A stretch of 64,000 nt of DNA, from IMG/VR virus record IMGVR_UViG_3300002179_000002, positions 11,861 to 75,860 of that record. One strand, given 5' to 3'. This document shows positions 20,851 to 30,983 of the stretch, piece by piece. This DNA is from a virus (Duplodnaviria; Caudoviricetes). How positions within the stretch are numbered: the stretch's first letter is position 1; each line of letters starts with the position of its first letter. Under the pieces are notes generated by a model. It saw nothing but the letters and a program-made list of their open reading frames with translations. It was not told the DNA's origin and searched no databases. Position numbers and translations under genes: made by a program.

Positions 20851-22025
20851 TGGTAGACAAGTTATTAACCAATGTACTCCCTATTCCAGACTTAAAGGAG
20901 ATCTATATAGAGACACTGTTAAATCACACAAGCAAGATCTCAAAGATATCAGATCTGTCTGTGGTGAACGCACATGCATTCGGTGTCTCTAAAATATTTC
21001 AAAAGAATTTAAAGGATGTGGCAATTTTGGAGTCACAGGTATTTCCAGAATTGAGTTCAGGAACATATTTGGATAATGCTGCCAAACTTGTAGGATCAAT
21101 ACAGAGACTATCGGCATCAGGGTCATCTACATTTGTTTTAGTAATAGCTGAACCAGCCACAGTATATGTCCCAGGAGAATCAAGTTTCACTTCAAATCAA
21201 GGTGTAGCATTCAGTATAACAGAGTTAATCGTAGTTGGAATTAATGGTTATGCTTATATCCCAGTAAGAAGCTATTCGGTTGGTGTTAATACAAATGTAA
21301 ATGCTCTGACAATAAATAGTATCACTTCACCTCCTATTGGCCATATAAGCTGTACTAACGAGTATTCTGCTACGGGAGGGCGAGATGCAGAGAATGATGA
21401 AGACTTTAAATTAAGAATCTCAACTTTTAGTCAATTTGCTGCTAAGAGCAATTTTGATAATATGATTGATAATCTGAGAACTTTAGATGCCGACATATTA
21501 GATATAAAGAGAGCAGGATATACTGAAGACGGGCAGATAAAACTGAATATAGTTACTTGTAATGGTAAGTCATTCACTGTCGATGAATTAAATGCATTTG
21601 AGAATCAGTTAAGTTCTTTTATGTCACTATCAGATGTAGATGAACAATCAGGGGTGCTAGGTGTGAAACTCGGTAATATTGAGTGGCATTCTGTAGGTGG
21701 AACAGGTGGTGTTGATTTTAGAATTGATCTTCAGTCTGGTTACTCAGAGACAGATGTAAGAAAAGCCATACAAGTACAGATGACTAAGTACTTTGATTTT
21801 AGATTCTGGACAAAGACAAAAATAGAGTGGGATGACCTGTTACAAATAGTCAAGAGTATTGCAGGAGTCAAATATGTGCCAGATGAATACTTCCTACCAC
21901 ATGTCGATACAAGTGTAGCTACAACTAAACTGCCAAGAGTGATTAAATTCATAATGAGAGACATGTTAGGCAATATATTGTATGATAACAATAGTGCAAT
22001 TTTACCTATTTATTACAACGTGTAA
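20850..22025 (+). CDS. Baseplate J-like protein
   Basis: SGTYLD and TNEYSATGGRDAENDEDFKLRI motifs. Confidence 0.88.
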   Translation: MVDKLLTNVLPIPDLKEIYIETLLNHTSKISKISDLSVVNAHAFGVSKIFQKNLKDVAILESQVFPELSSGTYLDNAAKLVGSIQRLSASGSSTFVLVIAEPATVYVPGESSFTSNQGVAFSITELIVVGINGYAYIPVRSYSVGVNTNVNALTINSITSPPIGHISCTNEYSATGGRDAENDEDFKLRISTFSQFAAKSNFDNMIDNLRTLDADILDIKRAGYTEDGQIKLNIVTCNGKSFTVDELNAFENQLSSFMSLSDVDEQSGVLGVKLGNIEWHSVGGTGGVDFRIDLQSGYSETDVRKAIQVQMTKYFDFRFWTKTKIEWDDLLQIVKSIAGVKYVPDEYFLPHVDTSVATTKLPRVIKFIMRDMLGNILYDNNSAILPIYYNV

Positions 22026-22906
22026 TGGAAGACATTCAAAAATCAATTCAAGACAGTTTCGATCTACAGAAAGAGTGGATTGAAAAATCTATTGAAGGAG
22101 TTGTTGGTGAAATCAGATTCTGGGGTGGTGAGAGATATCAGAAACAATCTGATAAATCTTGGAAGAGAATAAGTTTAAAAGATACTTTCGTTGAAATAGA
22201 TAATTTGACTGAAGGCAACTCAACACTTAGATGGTTATTTTATAATATGTCAATGTTTGATCAAACTTCAATACCATTCAAAAACAAAAAATTTATTTAC
22301 AAGTCAATTTATCCATTAAAATCAAAATATAAGATAAAGGGAGATAAATATTGGTTAATTGACTTGAATGATAACACTAAATATGCTGGGGCAAATAGTA
22401 ATACTATGGAACTTAATCCATATTATTTTATAGATCTTGATGCATTTGAAGTATTGATAGATAAAGATATTAGAGATAATCATCATCCTAAAGTCAAAAA
22501 TAAAATTCAATCGCTTATATATCATGAGTTTTCTCATTCTTTAACACAATCTGATATAAAGTTTAAAAGTGGTTCATTTAATGAACTATCTACTATTTAC
22601 AATGAATACGTAAGCGAAGTTGTGAGTGCTAGAAATAAAATTAAAGATGAGATAATCACTCTATCAAATACTATTACAACTTTGAGTTCAGGTACAGAAA
22701 GAGATACTTTAATCAGTGGTCTTAGAGTACTAAGTAGTGAACTTACAGAACTAACAATAAATAATAATCAATTTGTTTCTGAATACGCAGAACAAGATGT
22801 AGATGAGTTTACATCGGAATGTTTTGCAATGACAGCAGATTCAGATTGTAAGAATAAATATGCTTTGAAAGTTAAACAAGTAATCAATAAATACTATAAG
22901 AAATAA
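22025..22906 (+). CDS. Leader-bearing zincin metallopeptidase (putative packaged toxin/effector)
   Basis: HEFSH and FVSEYA....EFTSECFA motifs; leader is 15/22 identical to that of ORF 39797. Confidence 0.7.
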   Translation: MEDIQKSIQDSFDLQKEWIEKSIEGVVGEIRFWGGERYQKQSDKSWKRISLKDTFVEIDNLTEGNSTLRWLFYNMSMFDQTSIPFKNKKFIYKSIYPLKSKYKIKGDKYWLIDLNDNTKYAGANSNTMELNPYYFIDLDAFEVLIDKDIRDNHHPKVKNKIQSLIYHEFSHSLTQSDIKFKSGSFNELSTIYNEYVSEVVSARNKIKDEIITLSNTITTLSSGTERDTLISGLRVLSSELTELTINNNQFVSEYAEQDVDEFTSECFAMTADSDCKNKYALKVKQVINKYYKK

Positions 22907-23109
22907 TGTTTAGATCTCCAGATTGTTACGATTGTAAATATAAAATATGTCTTCATGGGATTCATATTTGTGAAGCTTTTTTTAATGGTATTCCTAATGA
23001 AATATTTTTTAAGGGAGTGAAACATGATAAAAAGATGTTTGATCAAACTAATGATCTTATTTTTGAATTAGAAGAAAAACCTGCTATCTCTGATGATAAA
23101 ACGATATAA
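22906..23109 (+). CDS. Small Cys/His-rich protein, candidate immunity partner
   Basis: CxxC...CEAFxxGIPxEI...H...IFE pattern; coupled to the peptidase gene. Confidence 0.6.
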   Translation: MFRSPDCYDCKYKICLHGIHICEAFFNGIPNEIFFKGVKHDKKMFDQTNDLIFELEEKPAISDDKTI

Positions 23110-24886
23110 CAAGACATCTTTGTCTGACTTCTTTAAGTACAATGACCCACAGATAGCTGCGTGGGCAGATAATGTATATGAGAAGATTAGACAATCAGGT
23201 GAATTGGCTAATTATATAGAAAGAGAGAAGGCAAGTAGGGAACATTTCACTGTGGTGGATGGAACAACTAATCCTCCTATTGAAGTGGTAGATGATAGAT
23301 TCACTTTTGGTCAAGCATATTCGGGAGATTTACTTACTATAGATAATAGTTTGAGAGAGAATATTGGCAGAATATATGATATAGAATTTGAACTCCTATT
23401 CAACGAGATAAGTTTTATTGATATATTTCTGATGGATAGTAATATAGTCATTCATAATACTCCGTCTATTGTCATACATGGATTGACCTTTAGCGGATTC
23501 ACTGCTTTCAATACAGGTCAGATTTATCAGATAAGAATATCAAGAGTAAACAATACAGTAAGTCTTTATATTGACAAAGTATTGATTGGGACAAGTCTTT
23601 TAAGTTCAGACATTGATACAGAATTCACTGTTTTATATAGTTCAGATCAAGGAGCACTACCAGACAACTTCACATTATCAGTAAACTCATTGACGCCTAA
23701 TAGTGGGGTTACTATAACTACTTCTAATCTCGACATAAACGGAGACTCAGACGGCAATACTCAATTCAATAGGATATATGCACATGGAACAGCTGTAACG
23801 TTCACAGCGCCTCTAACTACGCCAGATAACAACTTCAAACGTTGGATACTTGATGGGATAAATCAGCCACAGGGACTGAGAACAATGACTGTAATTATGA
23901 ACGCAAATCATACTATTACAGCATTATTCGTCATACCAACTCTATTTTATAATGCTGAGAGAAGTCAGACATTCACAAGAAACAATTGTATTGGGGGATT
24001 AATAGGTAGCGACGTACCATATGTAGTAGCGGCTGGTTCGTATTCATCTTTGATAAGCCAAGCAGATGCCGATGCTCAGGCTGCAGCAGATATCGCTTCT
24101 AACGGTCAGACTTATGCCAATGATAATGGTACTTGCTCAGTGGTTTATTGGAATGTAGAAGAATCACAAGCTTTCACAAGAAATGATTGTGAGATAGGTT
24201 ATTCTGGTTCATCAGAGACATATGTAGTAGCGGCACACACCTATTCATCATTTATAAGTCAGATAGACGCCAATAATCAAGCACTTGCTGAAATAGCTGT
24301 TAACGGTCAAATTTATGCAAATGTACACGGCACTTGTGGTATCTATTTCAATGTAGAAGTCTCAAACGAATATACGAGAGACGATTGTGGATCTGGTTAC
24401 GTAGGTTCAACAGAATTATATACTGTATCTGCGGGAACATATAGCTCAGCAATAAGTCAAGTTGATGCAGATAGTAAAGCAACTGCTGATATGGCAGTCA
24501 ATGGTCAGAACTACGCCAATACAAACGGAACTTGTACGGTGATGGTGATAGGCTTAGTCAATTGGTCGTTTGCAGCAGGGATGTCAACTCCAGATAAATA
24601 TCTGAAAGTCTGGATTAATGGAAATCCTGTTGTAAATGTTACAGAGACCGCTTCAAGTAATTTCCATCTATATGAAGGAGATATTGTAATCGTTGAAGCT
24701 AAATCAGCTAGTAGTGGAGATTTTTATGGTGAAAGCGTAGATTTAGTAATAACTGGAAGCGGAACATTTGTTAACTATAGCGAATCAATAGATGGTTTTA
24801 ATCAAATACTAACGCATACATTTACTTGGACAACCGCTAATGGCACCATAACAATATTAAGTAGAATACCAACAGTTTTAGAATAA
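23093..24886 (+). CDS. Tail/baseplate protein with three DUF5977-like repeats
   Basis: Three ~67-aa repeats (YN.E.SQ.FTRN.C...YSS.ISQ.DA...NGQ.YAN..GTC), plus LamG-like and Ig-like segments. Confidence 0.75.
   Translation: MIKRYNKTSLSDFFKYNDPQIAAWADNVYEKIRQSGELANYIEREKASREHFTVVDGTTNPPIEVVDDRFTFGQAYSGDLLTIDNSLRENIGRIYDIEFELLFNEISFIDIFLMDSNIVIHNTPSIVIHGLTFSGFTAFNTGQIYQIRISRVNNTVSLYIDKVLIGTSLLSSDIDTEFTVLYSSDQGALPDNFTLSVNSLTPNSGVTITTSNLDINGDSDGNTQFNRIYAHGTAVTFTAPLTTPDNNFKRWILDGINQPQGLRTMTVIMNANHTITALFVIPTLFYNAERSQTFTRNNCIGGLIGSDVPYVVAAGSYSSLISQADADAQAAADIASNGQTYANDNGTCSVVYWNVEESQAFTRNDCEIGYSGSSETYVVAAHTYSSFISQIDANNQALAEIAVNGQIYANVHGTCGIYFNVEVSNEYTRDDCGSGYVGSTELYTVSAGTYSSAISQVDADSKATADMAVNGQNYANTNGTCTVMVIGLVNWSFAAGMSTPDKYLKVWINGNPVVNVTETASSNFHLYEGDIVIVEAKSASSGDFYGESVDLVITGSGTFVNYSESIDGFNQILTHTFTWTTANGTITILSRIPTVLE
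23945..24537 (+). repeat. Three tandem DUF5977-like coding repeats
   Basis: Visible in the translation. Confidence 0.75.
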
Positions 24887-24890
24887 CAAT

Positions 24891-26882
24891 ATGTCAACAT
24901 ATATAGCTAACATAAAAGTAACAAGTCAAGATGTCATCAAGAACTGGTGGAAGCTCAACTATGTCAATATAGGTGATAAATTCACTGATGTTGGAGAGGG
25001 AGATGTTGACTTCTACACCTATTGGTATTCTATCTGTTATTATGCAGCAATGCTCAATGCCTACAAACAGATATTCAGAGATGTAAGTGAATATCAAGAG
25101 ATGATGCGAAGGTTCTTGCAGTCAAGAGATATCGCTTTCATTAATGATTCCGCATTAGATACTCTTGCTTATCTATATGATAATTGGGTTGAGGAAATAC
25201 AGAAGAGAGGGACGATAAAGGTAAATGACTTCAAAGGACAGTCTGAAGAGAATGGATTAACTGATTATACTGATGCTGGAGTAATTGCTGATGATACTTT
25301 CAATAATGAAGGAATAGGCCTATTTGTTGGTAGTAATAGTTTGGAGGGATTACTCTTGACAGGGATTGGCTTAGGAGAGTATCACTCAATACAATTTGAT
25401 ACTTTACTTTCAGATCCAAATGACGCACAGATAGCAATAAATGGCACCTTGCTCAATGGTTTAAACACCGGGATAACTATTCTAAACAATAATACTCCTA
25501 CAAATGGCATAGCTTCATACAATATCATTTATAAGTGCAATAGTATAAGTACGGCCTTCACTCTAAATTTAGATGTGAGAATATTAAACACTATTAAGTT
25601 TGTACGTAACTCAGATAAGATCTCATTATACGTCAATGGTTCATTCATCGAATCTAAGATAGCAGCTTTCACGGTCTTCTCACCGTTCGATGCAGCATAT
25701 CTATTTTTAGGTGTTCTACCTATTATAGCAAATATTGAGGTGGTACAGAAAGATATTGATTTCAATAACATCGCCACTACTACTTGGAAGTGTAATGAGG
25801 GTTCTGGATTCACATTAGAGAGTAATCACTCGCCCGTGAACTCAGCAGTGTTGAATATTGCTAATGATATAGACTGGGAGACGCTCTGGGTGAGAGATGG
25901 CAGACTGCAGAATACTAATTACATAGGCATAGATGGAGAATTAAAAAGGATATTGAATTATAGTTTTGGTGAATGCCTGAATGAACTTATCTCAACCTCT
26001 GAGATGGGATTGGTGCTAGATGTTAGTTCACCTATCTCAGAAGAAGCAAGTTGCTGGAATCTCAATAAAATGTATGGCAAAGGATCGGTTGATAGATTGA
26101 GTAAATTTCCTTTGATATTTTCTGCAGCTATTAAACCTTACATTGAGAATGACAGAATCAAATATGCTATCCCAGATTCTAATACAGACTTCTGGGGAAT
26201 AAATGCTCAATTAGTGACCCCTTCAGATTGGAAGACACTTGCGAGCATGAAGCCACTCGGAGCAATACCATTTATGCCAATACCTGTAGCTTCAGGATTG
26301 GATGAGATAGAGGGATATGAGATAAGTTTTGTTATACAATCGAGTGAGAATATAAATATCAAGTTTGGACTACTGCCGTATGACTCGGAATATGTGCTGA
26401 TGACAAACACCATGAAGGGCACCTCAGCAAGTCTGTTCAACAATATGTTTTTAGACGAGACTAATTTCAGTTTGTGCAAGAATAGAGATCTTTGGATCAG
26501 AGGAGTCTACACTTTGACACACGATGTCAACGTAAGCCAGAAGCTCAATATCAATTTTGGGACTAATCTATATAATATACTTGTCACGGATGATGTCAAA
26601 TTCCTGCTACCTATTATAGCATTCGCAGGAGTTAGTTTAGAGACATTTGACGAAACATTTGATCAGACATTTGATCAAGTACTGCACACAACGGTAGTTC
26701 AAATAAAAGACTTAGTATTTAGACCATTATCATTGAACACAAGTAAGGGAGTAGTTCAGAATAAGAATAAGATGATAAGCTTTATAAAGAATAATTCAGG
26801 GCAATCACAAGATTCGATAAGTAAGTTCATCAATGAGAAGTTGATACCATATAACTGCACAAACAATATTAAATATTTATAA
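24891..26882 (+). CDS. Baseplate / tail structural protein
   Basis: Large ORF in the tail operon; LamG-like insert; FDETFDQTFD motif near the C-terminus. Confidence 0.6.
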   Translation: MSTYIANIKVTSQDVIKNWWKLNYVNIGDKFTDVGEGDVDFYTYWYSICYYAAMLNAYKQIFRDVSEYQEMMRRFLQSRDIAFINDSALDTLAYLYDNWVEEIQKRGTIKVNDFKGQSEENGLTDYTDAGVIADDTFNNEGIGLFVGSNSLEGLLLTGIGLGEYHSIQFDTLLSDPNDAQIAINGTLLNGLNTGITILNNNTPTNGIASYNIIYKCNSISTAFTLNLDVRILNTIKFVRNSDKISLYVNGSFIESKIAAFTVFSPFDAAYLFLGVLPIIANIEVVQKDIDFNNIATTTWKCNEGSGFTLESNHSPVNSAVLNIANDIDWETLWVRDGRLQNTNYIGIDGELKRILNYSFGECLNELISTSEMGLVLDVSSPISEEASCWNLNKMYGKGSVDRLSKFPLIFSAAIKPYIENDRIKYAIPDSNTDFWGINAQLVTPSDWKTLASMKPLGAIPFMPIPVASGLDEIEGYEISFVIQSSENINIKFGLLPYDSEYVLMTNTMKGTSASLFNNMFLDETNFSLCKNRDLWIRGVYTLTHDVNVSQKLNINFGTNLYNILVTDDVKFLLPIIAFAGVSLETFDETFDQTFDQVLHTTVVQIKDLVFRPLSLNTSKGVVQNKNKMISFIKNNSGQSQDSISKFINEKLIPYNCTNNIKYL

Positions 26883-26883
26883 T

Positions 26884-28521
26884 ATGACACCAAATTTCAA
26901 TGGCAAACAAATAATCTCAAAGGAAGAGCTGACAGCTTGGGATGAATCTCTACGAGAACTCCTCGGGAACGTATTGTTTTATAATCGCAATACAGCTCAA
27001 GTTGGCGGTATACTTGATGCATATGACACTGATACACTTACATATATAAATGATTTCTTTAGTGTGAGTGTAGGATCCATACCAAGTAGTGGTTTCAATA
27101 CTCTGAAGATAGGTATTGGGAGAGGGGTTTTAGATGTCAAGAATACTACAACCGAAGAGATATCTGGGTTAGTCACAAATAATAATTCGCTAAAGAATTC
27201 GCTTGTCTCATTATTCAAATGGGCAGAGACTGACAATATAGTCATTGATGGAATATCTGGATATACTTCTGGTAATGTCATTTATTTTGGATTCATACCA
27301 GTTTGGAATCCACTTGAAGCTGGTTTATGCTCTATCACTTCAGCTAATCAAGTTAGCATCTCAGGAGGTGATTTCGATAAGGTAAGAGGACAGTCAACTA
27401 AGAACCCTACTAAAGTGCGCTTCTATCAAGAGAATGGTTCTCCCGCAAGTAATGATGATATATACGAGGTGATATCAGTTGATCATACTGCAAATACTTT
27501 GATTATCTCAGGCGCAGTCAATACAGAAGGCAATTTGAAGATGATGATAGTGGGATCATATGATCTATCAGCACAAGGCAGTTTGACTGATGTTTTTGCA
27601 TATGTAAAGGCAGAGGGCAAACTTACATTCTCAGCAACAGCAAGTGATATCACTGGAGTAGGTGGTTTTATAATTGGCAGTCTTACTTTTGGTTCAGCAG
27701 GAGCATTCACTATAAATGATTTACGTTCGGCAAATTTGTTCCAGTTCGCATACTCGCCTGACATTGTCTATAAGAGCCTTGACCAGACTATAACTGGACA
27801 GAAGACCTTTACTACCAAGAGTCCAGAATTTGGAATACCCGTTGTAGATATACCTAATACAGCTACTTTTGCTTCACCATTACTTTTAAATACAGTTAGT
27901 GGTAATCTGAAGACAATCACAATACCTACAACAGAGGGAAGTGTGTTTATGATTAAAGCAAATAGTATTAGTAATTTGAATATCTTAAAGTATATCAAAT
28001 TCGCAGGGACACTTGAGGCAGGTAAACGTTTCTACTTATTGATAGACCCAACAGGTTCTGACCTTATTATAGAGGCAAGCACTGACCAGTATGGCATTCT
28101 TAGTTATGATAATTTTGGTGCTCTCTCAGGACTGACAATAACGAGAGGTAATACATTAGAATTTTGGGCAGATTCTAATTTAATTTGGCATTTACACAAT
28201 GTGGTGTCACAGGCATTCTCAACGATATCTTTAGCAAAGGGATCATTCTTAGCTAGTGGAGCTGAGCATATAACAGACCCTGCTATAGCAACAGTTATTA
28301 CTATACCAATTGGTTCAACGCTTCCTACAATTAGTTATCAAGTATTTTTAACAGTAGTATCGAGATCATTAAGTGGTGGTAGCCCAAATCCCGGCAATGA
28401 TGATCTCGTTGCCCATGGAGTAAAGAATACATTGACATATACTTCTTTTGGAGTTTCATTTTTGGAATTCACTTCTAATGTTCAAGATGTAGACTTAGAA
28501 TGGATAATTTTTGCTAAATAA
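26884..28521 (+). CDS. Tail fibre-like protein
   Basis: DQTITGQKTF fibre motif; Gly/Ser/Thr-rich beta structure. Confidence 0.6.
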   Translation: MTPNFNGKQIISKEELTAWDESLRELLGNVLFYNRNTAQVGGILDAYDTDTLTYINDFFSVSVGSIPSSGFNTLKIGIGRGVLDVKNTTTEEISGLVTNNNSLKNSLVSLFKWAETDNIVIDGISGYTSGNVIYFGFIPVWNPLEAGLCSITSANQVSISGGDFDKVRGQSTKNPTKVRFYQENGSPASNDDIYEVISVDHTANTLIISGAVNTEGNLKMMIVGSYDLSAQGSLTDVFAYVKAEGKLTFSATASDITGVGGFIIGSLTFGSAGAFTINDLRSANLFQFAYSPDIVYKSLDQTITGQKTFTTKSPEFGIPVVDIPNTATFASPLLLNTVSGNLKTITIPTTEGSVFMIKANSISNLNILKYIKFAGTLEAGKRFYLLIDPTGSDLIIEASTDQYGILSYDNFGALSGLTITRGNTLEFWADSNLIWHLHNVVSQAFSTISLAKGSFLASGAEHITDPAIATVITIPIGSTLPTISYQVFLTVVSRSLSGGSPNPGNDDLVAHGVKNTLTYTSFGVSFLEFTSNVQDVDLEWIIFAK

Positions 28522-28527
28522 TAAGAT

Positions 28528-29106
28528 ATGAGATTATATTATACAGTTGCTTCGGCACCAGAAGATATACAGACCAAGACTAATCTGAGTCTTGGTGGCT
28601 ATAAATCAGTCAATCCAGTGCAGAATGCTGCCATTGGGAATATGTTCGGAGATATATCCATGTATACGGTTAAGAACTCTAATGGCAATAGGTATATAGG
28701 ACTAATACTCAAGAATGAGGGTTTATATGATGCCACAGATATTCTTGTATGGTTCGTGTATCCTACAGGCTGCTCTTCAAAGTTGAGTATAGCCGCAGTT
28801 GACCTCATCGCAGATGCAGAGAGCAATAAGTTCATGGAGCATATTCCAACAACAGAGAGCAAGCCATTATATGCAACATTTTCAGAAGCAGATGGGGAGA
28901 GCGATCAGGTCAATATTGGAGACTTAGATAAATTAGCTTTGCTTGGTATATGGATTGAGAGAGAACTTTTGTTAGATGATATTAAAGCTGAGCAGAATGC
29001 TATCTACACAGTTAACCCTAATGACCCCTATCGCTACAACGAAGTAGTGCTGGGGAAAGAAGACTTGATCGAGATTCATATTAGTTGGACAGACGTCACT
29101 CCTTAA
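28528..29106 (+). CDS. Virion structural protein (end of tail module)
   Basis: SLGGYKS...N.FGDIS...GIWIER pattern; synteny. Confidence 0.55.
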   Translation: MRLYYTVASAPEDIQTKTNLSLGGYKSVNPVQNAAIGNMFGDISMYTVKNSNGNRYIGLILKNEGLYDATDILVWFVYPTGCSSKLSIAAVDLIADAESNKFMEHIPTTESKPLYATFSEADGESDQVNIGDLDKLALLGIWIERELLLDDIKAEQNAIYTVNPNDPYRYNEVVLGKEDLIEIHISWTDVTP

Positions 29107-29165
29107 TTATAATCATTTTAAATTAAGCCAATTATTTTTTCGTATTACTATTTATATTAATTTTA
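29105..29165 (+). promoter_or_regulatory. Promoter with upstream palindrome (29105-29123), TTCGTA box and TAATTTTA (29158-29165)
   Basis: Recurrent architecture. Confidence 0.6.
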
Positions 29166-29221
29166 TGCCGTGTTAAGGAAATATAAGATTTATATTTCTG
29201 AATAAGTAACAAGAGAAGAAG

Positions 29222-29470
29222 ATGAATGAAATTAATTGGGAAGATGAATTAAAGAAAGTCAGTAGATATGATGAATATATGAAAATAATGCATAAACCAA
29301 CTCCACCAATAAGGTGCGCTGTTATAGTTGATTCAACAAAAGAAAGATGTCCTGAAGTTGGTGTTCACGATATGGGAGATGGTGATTATTTATGTGACAA
29401 ATGTTTCAGGGCATGGAATATCAGACATAAGAAAAGTAAAGAAGGTGAAATAAAGTATATTAAATTTTAA
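29222..29470 (+). CDS. Small zinc-finger protein
   Basis: C...C...CDKC pattern. Confidence 0.55.
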   Translation: MNEINWEDELKKVSRYDEYMKIMHKPTPPIRCAVIVDSTKERCPEVGVHDMGDGDYLCDKCFRAWNIRHKKSKEGEIKYIKF

Positions 29471-29947
29471 ATGAAGGAACTTCTATTCGATATATTCAAT
29501 CAAATTTATTTAAGAGTTTATGGTTCAGAATACACCTTTATAAACAAGAAGGTTCTGAAGTGTGTAGATGAGTTTCTTAAGAAAATACCAGAGGGAGCAG
29601 GTGAAGAGTGGTTGATGGACTATATGATATTCCAGTTCTCTTGGTACTCTACAATGAAGATGAGATTCGAAAGAGTATATGCTACTTGGATATTTGGACC
29701 TGCTGCATTACAACGATGGAATGAGAGAACAGAAGAACAATCCTATTTTGCTGGTAAGTATAAAGCTAATTTAGGCATTAAGAAAGAGTTTGAAAAGATT
29801 GAGATGAATGAATATGAAGAAACAGAGAGAGGAAGATTCGATGATATGAGCAGACAACTTATACATTGTAATGATCTCTCACTATTCTGGGAGAAAGCTG
29901 AAACGTGTAAAGAATGTGAATTATTTGAAATATGTAAAATAAGTTGA
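29471..29947 (+). CDS. Hypothetical protein with C-terminal Cys cluster
   Basis: Abutting ORF; CKEC...C. Confidence 0.6.
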   Translation: MKELLFDIFNQIYLRVYGSEYTFINKKVLKCVDEFLKKIPEGAGEEWLMDYMIFQFSWYSTMKMRFERVYATWIFGPAALQRWNERTEEQSYFAGKYKANLGIKKEFEKIEMNEYEETERGRFDDMSRQLIHCNDLSLFWEKAETCKECELFEICKIS

Positions 29948-29948
29948 T

Positions 29949-30185
29949 ATGAGTATGAAAAAGTATTTAATGATGGCTATGGGAATGGCTATGATTACTT
30001 CGGGTGGACAGAACAACAGTGGAGTATATTCTGAAGAATTAACCGATGAAGAGAAAGAAGAGAAACGAATCAAACTTTTAAAATCTAAAGGGATGAAACA
30101 GTTTTGGATTGAAGATACTGAAATCTGGGCAAGAGATGAAAAGAATGCTATTCGTAAATTTAATAATTTAAGGCACGAAATATGA
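29949..30185 (+). CDS. Hypothetical protein
   Basis: Operonic ORF. Confidence 0.55.
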   Translation: MSMKKYLMMAMGMAMITSGGQNNSGVYSEELTDEEKEEKRIKLLKSKGMKQFWIEDTEIWARDEKNAIRKFNNLRHEI

Positions 30186-30397
30186 AACACATCAAAAATG
30201 TATTATTAATTTGTGGTATAATAGCCTTTGTATTCTTTATGTGGCTATATGATAAGAGTAACAGGGCAACAGTCATTTATCAGGACTCAGTAGCAACACG
30301 ATTGGATTCTATAAGGATCAATGATTCAATTATAAACAGACAAGATTCAATCGATTTACTGGAACCAGATTCATTAAATAAACCAAAAGGAAGATGA
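30182..30397 (+). CDS. Small membrane protein
   Basis: One N-terminal TM helix; ATGA overlap. Confidence 0.55.
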   Translation: MKHIKNVLLICGIIAFVFFMWLYDKSNRATVIYQDSVATRLDSIRINDSIINRQDSIDLLEPDSLNKPKGR

Positions 30398-30648
30398 AAA
30401 AATTATTAATTGGACTTTCAATAATGACTTTGCTTTTTGTTGCCGTTTGGTATGGGTTTGCAGGTCTTGGTTATATAGGAATGAAGATTTTGCCAAAATT
30501 TCTTATAATGGATTTTCCATATTCAAATTACACAACAAATTGTTTTATGAATGGAATATTACCATTCTTAGGTCTATGTATAATTATTTTATTATTAATG
30601 GTATGCTATCAAATTGGAAGTGCAATTATAAAATATAAAACCAAATGA
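30394..30648 (+). CDS. Small two-TM membrane protein
   Basis: Two hydrophobic segments. Confidence 0.55.
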   Translation: MKKLLIGLSIMTLLFVAVWYGFAGLGYIGMKILPKFLIMDFPYSNYTTNCFMNGILPFLGLCIIILLLMVCYQIGSAIIKYKTK

Positions 30649-30983
30649 AAACATTGAAATTATTAATTGGTATTGCAATAGTATTAATTGTTTGCTATCT
30701 GTCATTTTTAAGCATAAGAAATGACATTCGTGAGAACAAAATTGGTGTACAAAAAGATAAAACTATTGATAGTTGCTTTTTAAAAATGGACGCTATAAAT
30801 AAAGAAGCAGATATCTATAATGACTCTATTTCATATTGGTCTAACAGATTGAAAGCAAGTTCTTATGCAAATAAGGAATATAAAAAGTATTTAGTCTTTA
30901 GAGATAGAAACGACGCACATCAAAAAATTAACAACAAAGAGTTTTGGGAACTTCAATCAATTTTTACAAAAGCAAACAAATGA
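30645..30983 (+). CDS. Membrane-anchored protein
   Basis: N-terminal TM helix followed by a helical region. Confidence 0.55.
   Translation: MKTLKLLIGIAIVLIVCYLSFLSIRNDIRENKIGVQKDKTIDSCFLKMDAINKEADIYNDSISYWSNRLKASSYANKEYKKYLVFRDRNDAHQKINNKEFWELQSIFTKANK

Noticed and set aside
23945-24537. Repeats as template and variable regions of a diversity-generating retroelement
   Set aside because: They are diverged coding domain repeats without adenine-specific differences, and no reverse transcriptase is in the window.
26643-26678. Short tandem repeat acatttga(c/t)... three times
   Set aside because: It encodes an FDxTFD peptide motif common in tail proteins; it is not a contingency locus.
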